Positions 17,347 through 26,832 of a stretch of 64,000 nucleotides of DNA are shown here, piece after piece. A program made the translations under genes and the position numbers. The DNA comes from a virus (Duplodnaviria; Caudoviricetes), in the IMG/VR virus record IMGVR_UViG_3300032017_000001, positions 21,152 to 85,151 of that record; one strand, written 5' to 3'. Each line of letters starts with the position of its first letter. The stretch's first letter is position 1. A model generated the notes under the pieces. The model was not told the origin of the DNA. It saw only the letters and a program-made list of their open reading frames with translations, and ran no database searches.

Positions 17347-18140
17347 GCCAGATCGGCAACGCCATCGCCACCCGGGACAACGGCCCCGAGGCCATCGTCC
17401 GCCAGCACAAGGACGACCTCACCCTCGTCCTCCCCTCCCACGTCAAGGGCGAGACGTGGATGCGCCTCGCCTACGGCGCCCTCCGCTCCAACAAGCAGCT
17501 CCTGCAGGCCGCCACCCGCAACCCCGGCAGCCTCATGAACGCCCTCCAGGAATGCGCCCGCCTCGGCCACGAACCCGGGACAGAGAGTTTCTACCTGGTG
17601 CCGTTCGGCAACGAAGTCCAGGGCATCGAGGGGTACCGCGGAGTCGTCGAGCGCATCTACCGGGCCGGCGCCGTCAAGGCCGTCAAGGCGGAAGTCGTCC
17701 ACGCGAACGACCACTTCGAGTACAGCCCCGACATGGACCGACCCGTGCACAAGCCGGACTACTTCGGCGACCGCGGCCCCATCGTCGGCGCCTACGCCTA
17801 CGGCGTCTTCCAGGACGGCTCCACGTCCAAGGTCGTCGTCATCAACCGCGCCTACATCGACAAGGTTCGCAAGGAGTCCAAGGGCAGCAACAGCCCCACC
17901 AGCCCGTGGGTGAAGTGGGAAGACCAGATGGTCCTCAAGACCGTCGCCAAGCGCCTGGAGCCGTGGGTGCCGTCCTCCACCGAGTGGCGCAAGGAGCAGC
18001 TCCGCGCTGAGCAGGAAGTCGCCGCCGAGCAGGGCAAGCACGCCGTCATCGCCCCCGCCACACCGCAGTCGGCGCCGCAGCAGACCGACGAGGCCACCGA
18101 CTACGACGAGGGCCCCATCGAGGGCGAACTCGTCGACTAG
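17343..18140 (+). CDS. recT: RecT-family single-strand annealing protein
   Basis: SLMNALQECARLGHEP...FYLVPF...IEGYRG...AEVVHAND.F...MVLKTVAKRL; follows YqaJ. Confidence 0.9.
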   Translation: MSQIGNAIATRDNGPEAIVRQHKDDLTLVLPSHVKGETWMRLAYGALRSNKQLLQAATRNPGSLMNALQECARLGHEPGTESFYLVPFGNEVQGIEGYRGVVERIYRAGAVKAVKAEVVHANDHFEYSPDMDRPVHKPDYFGDRGPIVGAYAYGVFQDGSTSKVVVINRAYIDKVRKESKGSNSPTSPWVKWEDQMVLKTVAKRLEPWVPSSTEWRKEQLRAEQEVAAEQGKHAVIAPATPQSAPQQTDEATDYDEGPIEGELVD

Positions 18141-18223
18141 CCGGCCGCCGTCGGGGCCCGGCCCACCCCAAGAGGGCCGGCCCCCGGCACCACCCAGCAC
18201 ACCACACCGTGAAGGAGCCAACC

Positions 18224-18595
18224 ATGGCCCGCAAACTCACACCCGCCGAGCGCCTCGCCTCAGCCGAGAAGGACCTCCTCCTCGAGGAGATCGCCGACCA
18301 GTCCTCGTGGGACCAGTTCCTCGTCGAGCAGGCCGTCTTCCACTACGGCCAGCGGCACAACGACTTCTCCTGCAATGACCTTCGAGACGTCCTGCCCGAG
18401 CTGGGGCACGGCTTCCTCGGCGCCGCCATCAACGCCCTCAGCCGCGGCGGGATCATCCAGCACACCGGCCGCACCGTGCCGTCCACCCAAGCCAACACGC
18501 ACGGACACCGCATCGGGGTTTGGACCCTCACCGCCAAGGGCCGGCAGATAGCCGCCCAGCGGGCCGCCCGCGCCGAGCAGCGGAGGGCCGCCTGA
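18224..18595 (+). CDS. Hypothetical protein (winged-helix-like)
   Basis: ORF track; AGGAG RBS. Confidence 0.65.
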   Translation: MARKLTPAERLASAEKDLLLEEIADQSSWDQFLVEQAVFHYGQRHNDFSCNDLRDVLPELGHGFLGAAINALSRGGIIQHTGRTVPSTQANTHGHRIGVWTLTAKGRQIAAQRAARAEQRRAA

Positions 18596-18870
18596 TGCCG
18601 ATCACCACCCACACCTGCATCACCGTCGCCTGCGACGTCTGCGAGCAGCCCCTCGAGGCCTTCGAGGACGAAGGCATCATCCACTTCGCCAACTTGACCG
18701 AGGCCCGCAGCCTGGCCCGGCACTACCGGTGGAACGCACTGTCCGGCGGCGAGTTCCTCTGCCCCGAGCGCGACCCGGAGCACCAGGCGTTCCTCGACGC
18801 CCTCATGCCGCCCGAGCCCGCCACCCAGGTCGTCGGCCAGCTCGGACTCGACGGAAGCGAGGCGTCATGA
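18595..18870 (+). CDS. Zn-binding hypothetical protein (CDVC...C...H)
   Basis: TGATG coupling; paralogous to broken ORF at 48030. Confidence 0.65.
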   Translation: MPITTHTCITVACDVCEQPLEAFEDEGIIHFANLTEARSLARHYRWNALSGGEFLCPERDPEHQAFLDALMPPEPATQVVGQLGLDGSEAS

Positions 18871-19859
18871 AGCTCACCGACGACATCCTCACCGTGCTGC
18901 GGGAGCGCACCGACATCGACGGCACGCACCTCGTGCTCACCGGCCCGCGCATGGACCCGCGCCTGTACCAGCGCGTCAATGAGGTTCTCGAAGCTGTCGG
19001 CGGCCGGTGGACCGCCAGCGTTCAGGCGCACGTGTTCCCCATCGACGCCACCCAGGCGCTCGCCCCCGTCCTGGAGACCGGGCAGGTCGTGACGCTGCGG
19101 GAGAAGCGACAGAGCGCCCAGTACTTCCCCACCCCGGCCGCAGTCGTCCAGCGGGTCATCGACCTCGCCGACCTGAAGCCCGGCATGGAAGTGCTGGAGC
19201 CGTCGGCCGGCTCCGGCGCCATCGCGACGGCCGCCGGCACCGCAGGCGCGATCGTCGACTGCATCGAACGCGACCCCGGATACGCGGCCGTCCTCGCAGA
19301 AACGGGCATGGCGCGCACCCTGACCGTCGCCGACTTCCTCACCGTCCCACCCCGCCCGATCTACGACCGCGTCGTCATGAACCCGCCCTTCACCAAGGGC
19401 GCCGACATGCAGCACGCCGAACACGCCCTCCGCTTCCTCAAGCCCGACGGGCTCCTCGTCTCGGTCATGTCGTGGGCGGTGACCTTCCACGGCCGGAAGA
19501 CCGCCAAGTTCCGGGCCCTCGTCGAATCCCGCGGCGGCACAGTCGAGGCCGTCGCCAGTGGAGCCTTCAAGGAGTCAGGCACCGACATCGAAACCGTCAT
19601 CGTCTCCATCCCCGCCAGCCGTTCCACCAGCGCTAAGCCCACCGTGTGGCCGCAACGGGAGATCCCGGCCGGACCGGAGCCGGAGTTCCAGCACCCCTCG
19701 GAGATCCTCGACGAGATCCGCGCCAACCTCCGCGACGCCATGCGCGAGTTCGACGCCCTCGCTGAACTCCTCGCCAAGCCCGCCCCGAAAGCCGACGTCA
19801 TCGACCTGCCCGCACCCCGCGAGGAACAACTCGCCCTCGACGTCGGGGAGGCGTCATGA
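18867..19859 (+). CDS. Amino (N6-A/N4-C type) SAM-dependent DNA methyltransferase
   Basis: QYFPTP, VLEPSAGSGAI (motif I), VVMNPPF (motif IV). Confidence 0.85.
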   Translation: MKLTDDILTVLRERTDIDGTHLVLTGPRMDPRLYQRVNEVLEAVGGRWTASVQAHVFPIDATQALAPVLETGQVVTLREKRQSAQYFPTPAAVVQRVIDLADLKPGMEVLEPSAGSGAIATAAGTAGAIVDCIERDPGYAAVLAETGMARTLTVADFLTVPPRPIYDRVVMNPPFTKGADMQHAEHALRFLKPDGLLVSVMSWAVTFHGRKTAKFRALVESRGGTVEAVASGAFKESGTDIETVIVSIPASRSTSAKPTVWPQREIPAGPEPEFQHPSEILDEIRANLRDAMREFDALAELLAKPAPKADVIDLPAPREEQLALDVGEAS

Positions 19860-19963
19860 CCGCCGCCCTGTTCCTCGCCTGCCTCGGTTTCACCATCGTC
19901 CTCGCCGCGGTCGCCTTCGCGCTCATCACCCGCCGCGCCCGGCGCTCGGGAGGCGAGTCGTGA
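19856..19963 (+). CDS. Small membrane protein
   Basis: Single TM; coupled both ends. Confidence 0.5.
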   Translation: MTAALFLACLGFTIVLAAVAFALITRRARRSGGES

Positions 19964-20916
19964 ACGCATCCCTGACCCTGGTCGCCTCCGAAACGTGCGC
20001 ATGCCCGCCACACGTCCGCTACTCCTGCGGGCACTGCTGGCACGACCAGTGCCTCGACTGCGGGTTCTGCACCGTCGGAGGCTGCGTCTGCCACTGCGAG
20101 TACGGCCTCGGATTCAACCCCGGCATCGCGCCCACAGTGGGCCCCCAGTTCTGGCTCGGCGCCCACCACCCGCGCTGGCTCGCCACCACCGGCGTGCCAC
20201 TCATGGTGTCCCGCCGCTCCCTCGCCGGCCGCCGCAGCCTGCCGCGCGCCGCCGAACAGTGGGTCCTCGACTCCGGCGGATTCACCGAACTCTCCCTCAA
20301 CGGCGGATGGACGGTCACCGCGCACGTCTACGCCCGCGAAGTCGCCCGCTTCCGCGACGAGATCGGCCGCATGGTGTGGGCCGCACCGCAGGACTGGATG
20401 TGCGAAGACCACATCCTCGCCAAGACCGGCCTCACCGTCGCAGAACACCAGGCCCGCACCGTCGGCAACTACCTCGACCTCATGTCCATCGACGACACCC
20501 TGCCCATCATCCCCGCCGTCCAAGGGCAGACCATCGCCGACTACGAACACTGCCTCACCCTGTACGACCGAGCAGGCATCAACCTGACCACCCGGCCACT
20601 GGTCGGAGTCGGCTCCATCTGCCGCAGGCAATCCACCGCCGAAGCCTCCGCGATCCTCGGCACGCTCGCCGAAACCGGGCTCCGCCTACACGGCTTCGGC
20701 CTGAAACTCGACGGCCTGCGCACCAGCGCCGACCACCTTGCCTCAGCCGACTCCCTCGCCTGGTCCTACGACGCCCGCCGCTCCGCGCCGCTGCCGGGAC
20801 ACGACCACAAGTCCTGCGCGAACTGCGTGCACTGGGCGATGCGCTGGCGGCAGCGCGTCCTCGACGTCCTCCACGGCCCGCGCCAGATGGCCCTCACCTT
20901 GAGGGAGGCCGCGTGA
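19960..20916 (+). CDS. dpdA: DpdA/TGT-like 7-deazaguanine transglycosylase family protein with Cys-rich N-terminal extension
   Basis: VLDSGGF, APQDWMCE, IPAVQG, VGVGSICRR, LHGFG, SADSLAW match TGT/DpdA catalytic motifs. Confidence 0.75.
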   Translation: MNASLTLVASETCACPPHVRYSCGHCWHDQCLDCGFCTVGGCVCHCEYGLGFNPGIAPTVGPQFWLGAHHPRWLATTGVPLMVSRRSLAGRRSLPRAAEQWVLDSGGFTELSLNGGWTVTAHVYAREVARFRDEIGRMVWAAPQDWMCEDHILAKTGLTVAEHQARTVGNYLDLMSIDDTLPIIPAVQGQTIADYEHCLTLYDRAGINLTTRPLVGVGSICRRQSTAEASAILGTLAETGLRLHGFGLKLDGLRTSADHLASADSLAWSYDARRSAPLPGHDHKSCANCVHWAMRWRQRVLDVLHGPRQMALTLREAA

Positions 20917-21242
20917 CCTCCGTCCAGTACACGGCCCAGGCCGTGACTCCGCTCGTCGACTGGTACATCAACCAGCTCGCCACCCACGGCCTCGAGGTTG
21001 TCCTCGCCGCCCAGGCAGCCGCATGCATCGCCACCTGGTGCGCCATCGGAGCCCTCCTCCATGCCATCGACCGCTACCGCACCCGGCGCGCCACCCGCGC
21101 CGAACGCCGACAGACGACCCCGCCCCGCGACGACACCCCCCTGATCCCAACCGAACCCGGCTGCGACGACGACCTACTCCTCGCCTGCTGGGACGCCTGG
21201 AAAGCCGACACCACCCACACCCGCAAGGAGGACCAGCCGTGA
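20913..21242 (+). CDS. Hypothetical membrane-associated protein
   Basis: GTGA coupling; one TM. Confidence 0.55.
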   Translation: MTSVQYTAQAVTPLVDWYINQLATHGLEVVLAAQAAACIATWCAIGALLHAIDRYRTRRATRAERRQTTPPRDDTPLIPTEPGCDDDLLLACWDAWKADTTHTRKEDQP

Positions 21243-22048
21243 CCACCACCGCCGACCACACCGCCTCCCGCAACTGCTACCTCCGCGGCTGCCGACAGCC
21301 GGCATGCGTCGAAGTCGCCACCCGCTACACCAAACAACTCCGCGTAGAACACGCCCGCGGCCAATACCGGCTGACCGGCGCCACCCAAACCCGCCACCAC
21401 ATCGAACGCCTCATGGCAGCCGGCTGGACACAGAAGCAGATCGCCCAGGTCACCGGAGTCGAATCCGCGAGCATCCACCAGATCTACGTCGGCCACCAAG
21501 AGAAGACCGCGAACTGGCGCGCCGCCGCCATCCTCGCCGTCCCCATCACCAGCCCGCCCGCCGACCCCCACCACGTCGACGCCACCGGCACCCGGCGCCG
21601 CCTCCAAGCCCTCCGCGTCATCGGCCACCGACGCTACGACCTCGCCGCCGCACTCGGAATGACCGACGACAGGGTCAAACACATCACCAACGGCAAAACC
21701 CGGCGCGTCCCCAAGCACGAAGCAGACGCCATCGCCCGCCTGTACCGGCGCCTGTCCACCATCCCCGGACCCAGCCAGCAGACCGCCACCATCGCCCGCG
21801 ACAAAGGCTGGCACGGCCCCCTCGACTGGGAAGCGATCGACGACCCCGCATGCCAGCCGGAAACCGGACACCGCTCGCGCGCCAGAAGGGGCAGCCGAAT
21901 GGCGGTCGTCGACAACGAGCGAATCGCCGAGCTGACCGCGGCCGGTCGCACAGCACAGCAGATCGCCGACGAACTCGGCTGCCACAAGCGGACCGTCACC
22001 CGCGCCCGCGGACGCGTCACCCGCCAGACCCTTCAGGAGGCGGCGTGA
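21239..22048 (+). CDS. Multi-HTH hypothetical regulator with N-terminal Cys motif (paralog 1)
   Basis: CYLRGCRQPAC, DATGTRRRLQAL, GW..PLDW, C-terminal HTH (TAQQIADELGCHKRTV). Confidence 0.7.
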   Translation: MTTTADHTASRNCYLRGCRQPACVEVATRYTKQLRVEHARGQYRLTGATQTRHHIERLMAAGWTQKQIAQVTGVESASIHQIYVGHQEKTANWRAAAILAVPITSPPADPHHVDATGTRRRLQALRVIGHRRYDLAAALGMTDDRVKHITNGKTRRVPKHEADAIARLYRRLSTIPGPSQQTATIARDKGWHGPLDWEAIDDPACQPETGHRSRARRGSRMAVVDNERIAELTAAGRTAQQIADELGCHKRTVTRARGRVTRQTLQEAA

Positions 22049-22839
22049 CCATCACAGGCCGACCGCACGGCAATGCCAAATACCGCCTCGAGAAGTGCCG
22101 CTGCCTGCTGTGCTGCACAGCAGCCCGCGACTACGACAACAACCGGCGTCGCGCCATCGCCTACGGCCGCTGGCAGCCCTACGTCGACGCCGAACCCATC
22201 CGCGCCCACGTCCGCGCACTGAGCGAGTTCGGCATCGGCTGGATGCGCCTCGCCCGACTCGCCGGCGTACCCCGCGGCTCCATGTCGAAGCTCCTCTACG
22301 GAGACCCCCAGCGCGGCATGGCCCCGTCGAAGCGGATCCTGCCGAAGAACGCCGCCAAGATCCTCGCAGTCGAGCCCGCCCTCGAACACCTCGGAGACGA
22401 GGTCAGTATCGACGGCACCGGCACACGGCGACGGCTGCAAGCCCTGGCCGCCGCGGGCTGGCCGCACCGGCAACTCGCCGTCCGCCTCCGGATCGAGCCG
22501 GCGAACTTCAAGCCGATCATCCACGGGCAGCCGGGCCAGTTGGTGAAGGCCGGCACCCTGCGCGCCGTCACCGCCCTGTACGACCAGCTGTGGAACGTCG
22601 ACCCGCTCCAGCAGGGCGTGCGCCGCGACTTCTACGACCGGGCCCGCGACCAGGCCCGCCAAGCCGGCTGGGCCCCGGTCGGCGCCTGGGACGACGACCG
22701 CATCGACGACCCCGAAGCCTTCCCCGACTGGACCGGCTGGTGCGGCACACCCCAAGGCCGCCGCATCCACTACCGGATCAAGGTCCCCGTCTGCCAGCCC
22801 TGCCGCGAAGCCGCCAGCCAGCAGCAGACCGCCGCCTAG
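22045..22839 (+). CDS. Multi-HTH hypothetical regulator (paralog 2)
   Basis: HG..Y..CRC..C, DGTGTRRRLQAL, GWAPVGAWDDD..IDDP. Confidence 0.7.
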   Translation: MTITGRPHGNAKYRLEKCRCLLCCTAARDYDNNRRRAIAYGRWQPYVDAEPIRAHVRALSEFGIGWMRLARLAGVPRGSMSKLLYGDPQRGMAPSKRILPKNAAKILAVEPALEHLGDEVSIDGTGTRRRLQALAAAGWPHRQLAVRLRIEPANFKPIIHGQPGQLVKAGTLRAVTALYDQLWNVDPLQQGVRRDFYDRARDQARQAGWAPVGAWDDDRIDDPEAFPDWTGWCGTPQGRRIHYRIKVPVCQPCREAASQQQTAA

Positions 22840-22850
22840 CCCACGACAAA

Positions 22851-22870
22851 GGCCCCGCGGAAGCGGGGCC
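22851..22870. terminator. Hairpin terminator between convergent genes
   Basis: ggccccgc-ggaa-gcggggcc. Confidence 0.65.
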
Positions 22871-22899
22871 CGGAGGACGAACGAGAGGAGGAGGGGATG

Positions 22900-23121
22900 T
22901 CAGTCGGATTCTGCGGCCGGCTTCTTGCGGCGAACGATCCGGGGCTTCGGTTTGGGCATGTTGATGCCCTCGGCCTTGCAGTAGGCGCGGACGCGCGAGT
23001 GGATGTGGCGGCGAAGGTCGTCGGTGCGCGTGGTGCCGTCTTTAGCGCAGGCGCGGTCGTACAGATCCCACATCTCATCGTCGATGCGGATCATGCGACC
23101 CGGCGTCCCTCTCGTCGTCAT
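22900..23121 (-). CDS. Ribbon-helix-helix (CopG/Arc-like) protein
   Basis: GRMIRIDDEMWDLYDRAC...TRTDDLRRHI beta-alpha-alpha pattern. Confidence 0.7.
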   Translation of the reverse strand: MTTRGTPGRMIRIDDEMWDLYDRACAKDGTTRTDDLRRHIHSRVRAYCKAEGINMPKPKPRIVRRKKPAAESD

Positions 23122-23149
23122 GTCGACAGCCTAGCTGACCTGACAGCGG

Positions 23150-23230
23150 CTACACACCCCGCGTGGCTGACCGTTTACCGCGAACGTGTTGCTCCTGTAT
23201 TGCTTGTGCCTACACACCCCGTTATAGACT
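23150..23230 (+). promoter_or_regulatory. Two 12-bp direct repeats CTACACACCCCG (23150, 23210) and TAGACT -10 box (23225) upstream of replication gene
   Basis: Exact repeats 60 bp apart; second lies in promoter spacer. Confidence 0.6.
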
Positions 23231-23337
23231 GGCTCCACGCCAACCGGCCAAAGCGAGACCGGTTCGAGCCTCCATGAGGGCTGTCCCAAAACCAGTCATG
23301 ACCAGCACAGACACCCTCCTCGAGAAGAGATCCATAA

Positions 23338-24279
23338 ATGCCAAGCCGGTTCGAGTTCGAGCGCGCGATCAGGCGCAGCAGCCTTCCGCCCCTGGCGCGG
23401 CTGCTCGCCCTGACCGTTGCGACGTGGGCGGACGCCGAGACCGGCTCTATCTCCCGGCGTCACCAGCCGGCCCAATCCGTCCTACTGGAGGCGACCGGGA
23501 TGTCGAAGTCCGCCTTCCTGTCTCATCGCAAGACCCTCCTCGAGGAGGGCTGGCTGAAGTGCGAGTCCCCGGACCGCATCAAGGCCCAGAAGGAGCACGC
23601 CCAAAATGTCTATTCGATCCATATTCCTGACGGTAAGGCTCGGTCGGGAGGCGACCTAGCTAAAACGGACAAGCGCCCCGGAAAGCGACGCGAACCTAGG
23701 TCGGGAGACGACCTAGCCCTAGGTCGCCAGCCGACCCAGCCAAATGGGGCAGAACCCGCTAAGTCTGGATTGACCCTAGGTCGCCAGCCGACCACAAGAG
23801 TTCTTTCCTCTACTTCTCTCTCCTCTCTCCCTCCCGTGGACAACGGGCCGGACGGCAGCAGCGAGGAACGGATCCCGGACGCCTTCGCCTACATCCAGCC
23901 GCTCATCCGAGCCATGACCGACGCCGGACTCACCGTGTCGTGGCAAATGCAGGCCGAGGACTACCAAAGCGTCGCCCGCGTCATGCACCGAGCTGGCGTC
24001 GAAGCGATGGTCGGCTTCGCCCTCGAAACCAAGGCCAGCAGCCGCAAGTCGATCCGCTACGCCACGTTCTTCCTCCGTGGCGGCTGGCTGGGCCTGCCGC
24101 CCAAGAGCACCAAGCCCACACCGAGGCATGGCAGTACGCCTGGCAAGCCGCCGCACTGCGGCCACCCCGACTGCGACCCGGCCAGCAGGCTCCGCGAAAC
24201 CGAAGACGACAACGGCCTCCGCCGAGTCCACCCCTGCCCCGACTGCCACCCCAACGCGAAGAAAGGCCACGCCGCATGA
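23338..24279 (+). CDS. Replication initiator (lambda O-like, N-terminal wHTH)
   Basis: wHTH N-terminus, internal iterons, C-terminal Cys motif, directly upstream of DnaB. Confidence 0.75.
   Translation: MPSRFEFERAIRRSSLPPLARLLALTVATWADAETGSISRRHQPAQSVLLEATGMSKSAFLSHRKTLLEEGWLKCESPDRIKAQKEHAQNVYSIHIPDGKARSGGDLAKTDKRPGKRREPRSGDDLALGRQPTQPNGAEPAKSGLTLGRQPTTRVLSSTSLSSLPPVDNGPDGSSEERIPDAFAYIQPLIRAMTDAGLTVSWQMQAEDYQSVARVMHRAGVEAMVGFALETKASSRKSIRYATFFLRGGWLGLPPKSTKPTPRHGSTPGKPPHCGHPDCDPASRLRETEDDNGLRRVHPCPDCHPNAKKGHAA
23642..23835. repeat. Iteron-like repeats and pyrimidine tract inside initiator gene (probable origin)
   Basis: ggtcgggag(g/a)cgacctagc x2 (23642, 23699); ccctaggtcgccagccgacc x2 (23717, 23774); CT tract 23801-23835. 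Confidence 0.7.
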
Positions 24280-25637
24280 CCGAGCCCCTGTGGGAGCCCA
24301 ACGCCATCGCCGACGAACCGGCGATGCCCCACAACATCGAAGCCGAAAGGGCTGCCCTCGGCTCAATGTTCTTCGACCTCGCCGCCATCGACGCCCTCGA
24401 CCGGACCCTCTCCGGCGTCGAGGACTTCTACGAGCTGCACCACCAGATCATCTACCGGACCGTCCTCGGCATGTACTGCCGCGACCGCAAGCCGAAGATC
24501 GACCCCATCACCGTCGCTGCCGAGCTCCTCGCCAGCGGCGAGCTCGCCAAGGTCGGCGGCGCCGCCTACCTCCACCAGCTCGCCCAGTCCGTACCCGTCG
24601 TCGGCAACGCCGTCGGCTACGCGGCCATCGTCCGCGAACACGCCCAGCTCCGTGCAGTTCTCGCCGCCACCCGCAAAGCCAGCCAGCGCGTCCTCTCCGC
24701 CGCCAATACTGCATCCGAAATCCTCGAAGCCGCCATGGCCGACCTCCAGGCCGCCGCCAAAGGCGTCGACACCGTCGACGAGAAGCTGTCCGTCGCCGAC
24801 CGCTGGATGGGATTCATCGACGAACTCGAGGCCGGTCACGACCCGCGCGCCCTCGACACACCCTGGCCCGACCTCAACGACATCATCGAACTCAAGCCCG
24901 GCCAGCTCATCACCGTCGGCGCCGGCACCGGCCAGGGCAAGTCCCTGTTCGGCATGAACCTCGCCGCGCACGTTGCTCTCACCCGCGGCAAGCCAGCCCT
25001 CGTCGCCTCGATGGAGATGGGCGGCAGCGAACTCATGGCCCGCCTCACGGCAGCCGAAGCCGGAGTCGACGTCGACCACCTCATCCGCCGCAAGCTCCAG
25101 GCGGCCGACTGGGAGAAAGTCTTCCGAGCCGCGCCGAAGATGCAGAACGCCGGCAACTTCATCCTCGACGACTCCCCGAACCTCACCCTCGGGAAGATCC
25201 GTGCTCGCGTCCGCTGGATGGCCGCATCCGGCTGGGCCCCGGCCATCGTGGTCGCCGACTACCTGCAGCTGTTGACGCCTGAGTCGACCGGCAAGAAGGA
25301 GCGCACACGCGCCAACGAGGTCGCCGAACTGTCCCGCGGACTGAAGCTCCTCGCGATGGAGTTCGAACTCCCCGTCGTCGCGCTCGCCCAGTTCAACCGC
25401 GGCGCGGTCGGCCGTCAGCCGATGGTGTCCGACTTCAAGGACTCCTCCAGCATCGAGCAGGACTCCAACGTGATCGTCCTGATGCACCGGCCGCTCGCCG
25501 AGGACGGCACGGACACCGGTCCGCGGGCCGGTGAGATCGACCTCATCGTCGCGAAGAACCGCAACGGCGCCTCCGGCCGCATCGTCTCCCTGGCCTTCCA
25601 GGGCCGGTTCGCCCGACTCCGGTCGATGGCCGGGTGA
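24276..25637 (+). CDS. dnaB: Replicative DNA helicase
   Basis: PHNIEAERAALG, GAGTGQGKS (Walker A), VVADYLQL, LAQFNR, SSSIEQDS, AKNRNG. Confidence 0.95.
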   Translation: MTEPLWEPNAIADEPAMPHNIEAERAALGSMFFDLAAIDALDRTLSGVEDFYELHHQIIYRTVLGMYCRDRKPKIDPITVAAELLASGELAKVGGAAYLHQLAQSVPVVGNAVGYAAIVREHAQLRAVLAATRKASQRVLSAANTASEILEAAMADLQAAAKGVDTVDEKLSVADRWMGFIDELEAGHDPRALDTPWPDLNDIIELKPGQLITVGAGTGQGKSLFGMNLAAHVALTRGKPALVASMEMGGSELMARLTAAEAGVDVDHLIRRKLQAADWEKVFRAAPKMQNAGNFILDDSPNLTLGKIRARVRWMAASGWAPAIVVADYLQLLTPESTGKKERTRANEVAELSRGLKLLAMEFELPVVALAQFNRGAVGRQPMVSDFKDSSSIEQDSNVIVLMHRPLAEDGTDTGPRAGEIDLIVAKNRNGASGRIVSLAFQGRFARLRSMAG

Positions 25638-26377
25638 CCGCCATGACCATCCAGCGCGACTGGCACTGCGCTTCAGCCGGTGACATAGCGGCCGAGCGCC
25701 TCGAGCAGCACACCGTTCGCCGCAGCCACATACCCGGCCAGCCCGGCGCCCTCGCCGACGGCATGACTCACGAAGCCCTGCCGACCTCCTACGCCGGCAC
25801 CACCTTCCGGTCCGCGCTCGAAGCGTCCTGGGCCGCCACCCTCGACACCCTCGACATCGCCTGGGAGTACGAGCCCGAGACGATCGCCCTGCCGTCCGGA
25901 GCCACCTACATCCCCGACTTCCGCCTGCCGGACATCGGCTGCTGGCTTGAGGTCAAAGGCCCCGGCGTCCCCCGTGTCGAGAAGGCCTACGAGTTCGGCG
26001 AGAGCCTCGCCTGCGGCCACCCCATGTGGGAGTGCGCTTGCCGCTGGCCGGGCGGAGAGCTCGTCCTCATCGGCCACGAGCCCAGGCCGTACAGCGCCTG
26101 GGGCGACCCGGAGATCGACGTCCAGAACTACTGGATCGCCGCCAACGTGCAGCGCCGCCACGGTGGCCACCCCGACTGGACGTCCACCCGCGGCCGGGCC
26201 GCATGGCTCACCCGGTGCGCGGACTGTGACCGCGGCACCTGGTTCGACAGGCCCAAATGCCGGGCCTGCGGCGGCCCTCTCGCCGACTGCTACGGCTATC
26301 GGCCTGGCGAACCGGGCCTCGAGTTCCGTCGTATTCGCGGTCCCGTCCGAACCCACGACACCGAGGAGAACCAGTGA
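25634..26377 (+). CDS. PD-(D/E)XK nuclease-like protein
   Basis: FRSALEASWA...WEYEPE...YIPDF...WLEVKG. Confidence 0.75.
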   Translation: MTAMTIQRDWHCASAGDIAAERLEQHTVRRSHIPGQPGALADGMTHEALPTSYAGTTFRSALEASWAATLDTLDIAWEYEPETIALPSGATYIPDFRLPDIGCWLEVKGPGVPRVEKAYEFGESLACGHPMWECACRWPGGELVLIGHEPRPYSAWGDPEIDVQNYWIAANVQRRHGGHPDWTSTRGRAAWLTRCADCDRGTWFDRPKCRACGGPLADCYGYRPGEPGLEFRRIRGPVRTHDTEENQ

Positions 26378-26832
26378 CCACGACCACCGACATCGCCCGC
26401 GCCCACGGTCACACCGGGCCGACCCGCTGCCAGGACTGCGGCACCACCGAGAACCTGCACGTTGTCCTGTGGTCCGACCCGAGGACCGGCGAGAGCGGAA
26501 CCCACCTGGAGTGCTGTACCTGCGGCATTGCCGCCGGTGACCCGATCTGCGTTCACGCCGAATGCGAGCCCGATGAGCCCGACGAGCCGGACCCGGAGCC
26601 CGTAGAGCCCGGACCGATCGTCCGCGTCCACCACCGCCCCGCCGGCTGGGTGCTGCCCGACTTCACCGACCTCGCGGACTGCACGACCAACTTCCACCGC
26701 GCCCAGGACGGCCGTCCCGCCTGCACTGACACCGCCGTGTGGAAGGTCGTCGAAGACCACGGTCTGCATTTGACCATCGGCTTCTACTGCGACGCCGATC
26801 TGCCCGCCGAACACCGAGAGGACGCCGCCTGA
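26374..26832 (+). CDS. Cys-rich hypothetical protein
   Basis: GTGA coupling. Confidence 0.6.
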   Translation: MTTTTDIARAHGHTGPTRCQDCGTTENLHVVLWSDPRTGESGTHLECCTCGIAAGDPICVHAECEPDEPDEPDPEPVEPGPIVRVHHRPAGWVLPDFTDLADCTTNFHRAQDGRPACTDTAVWKVVEDHGLHLTIGFYCDADLPAEHREDAA

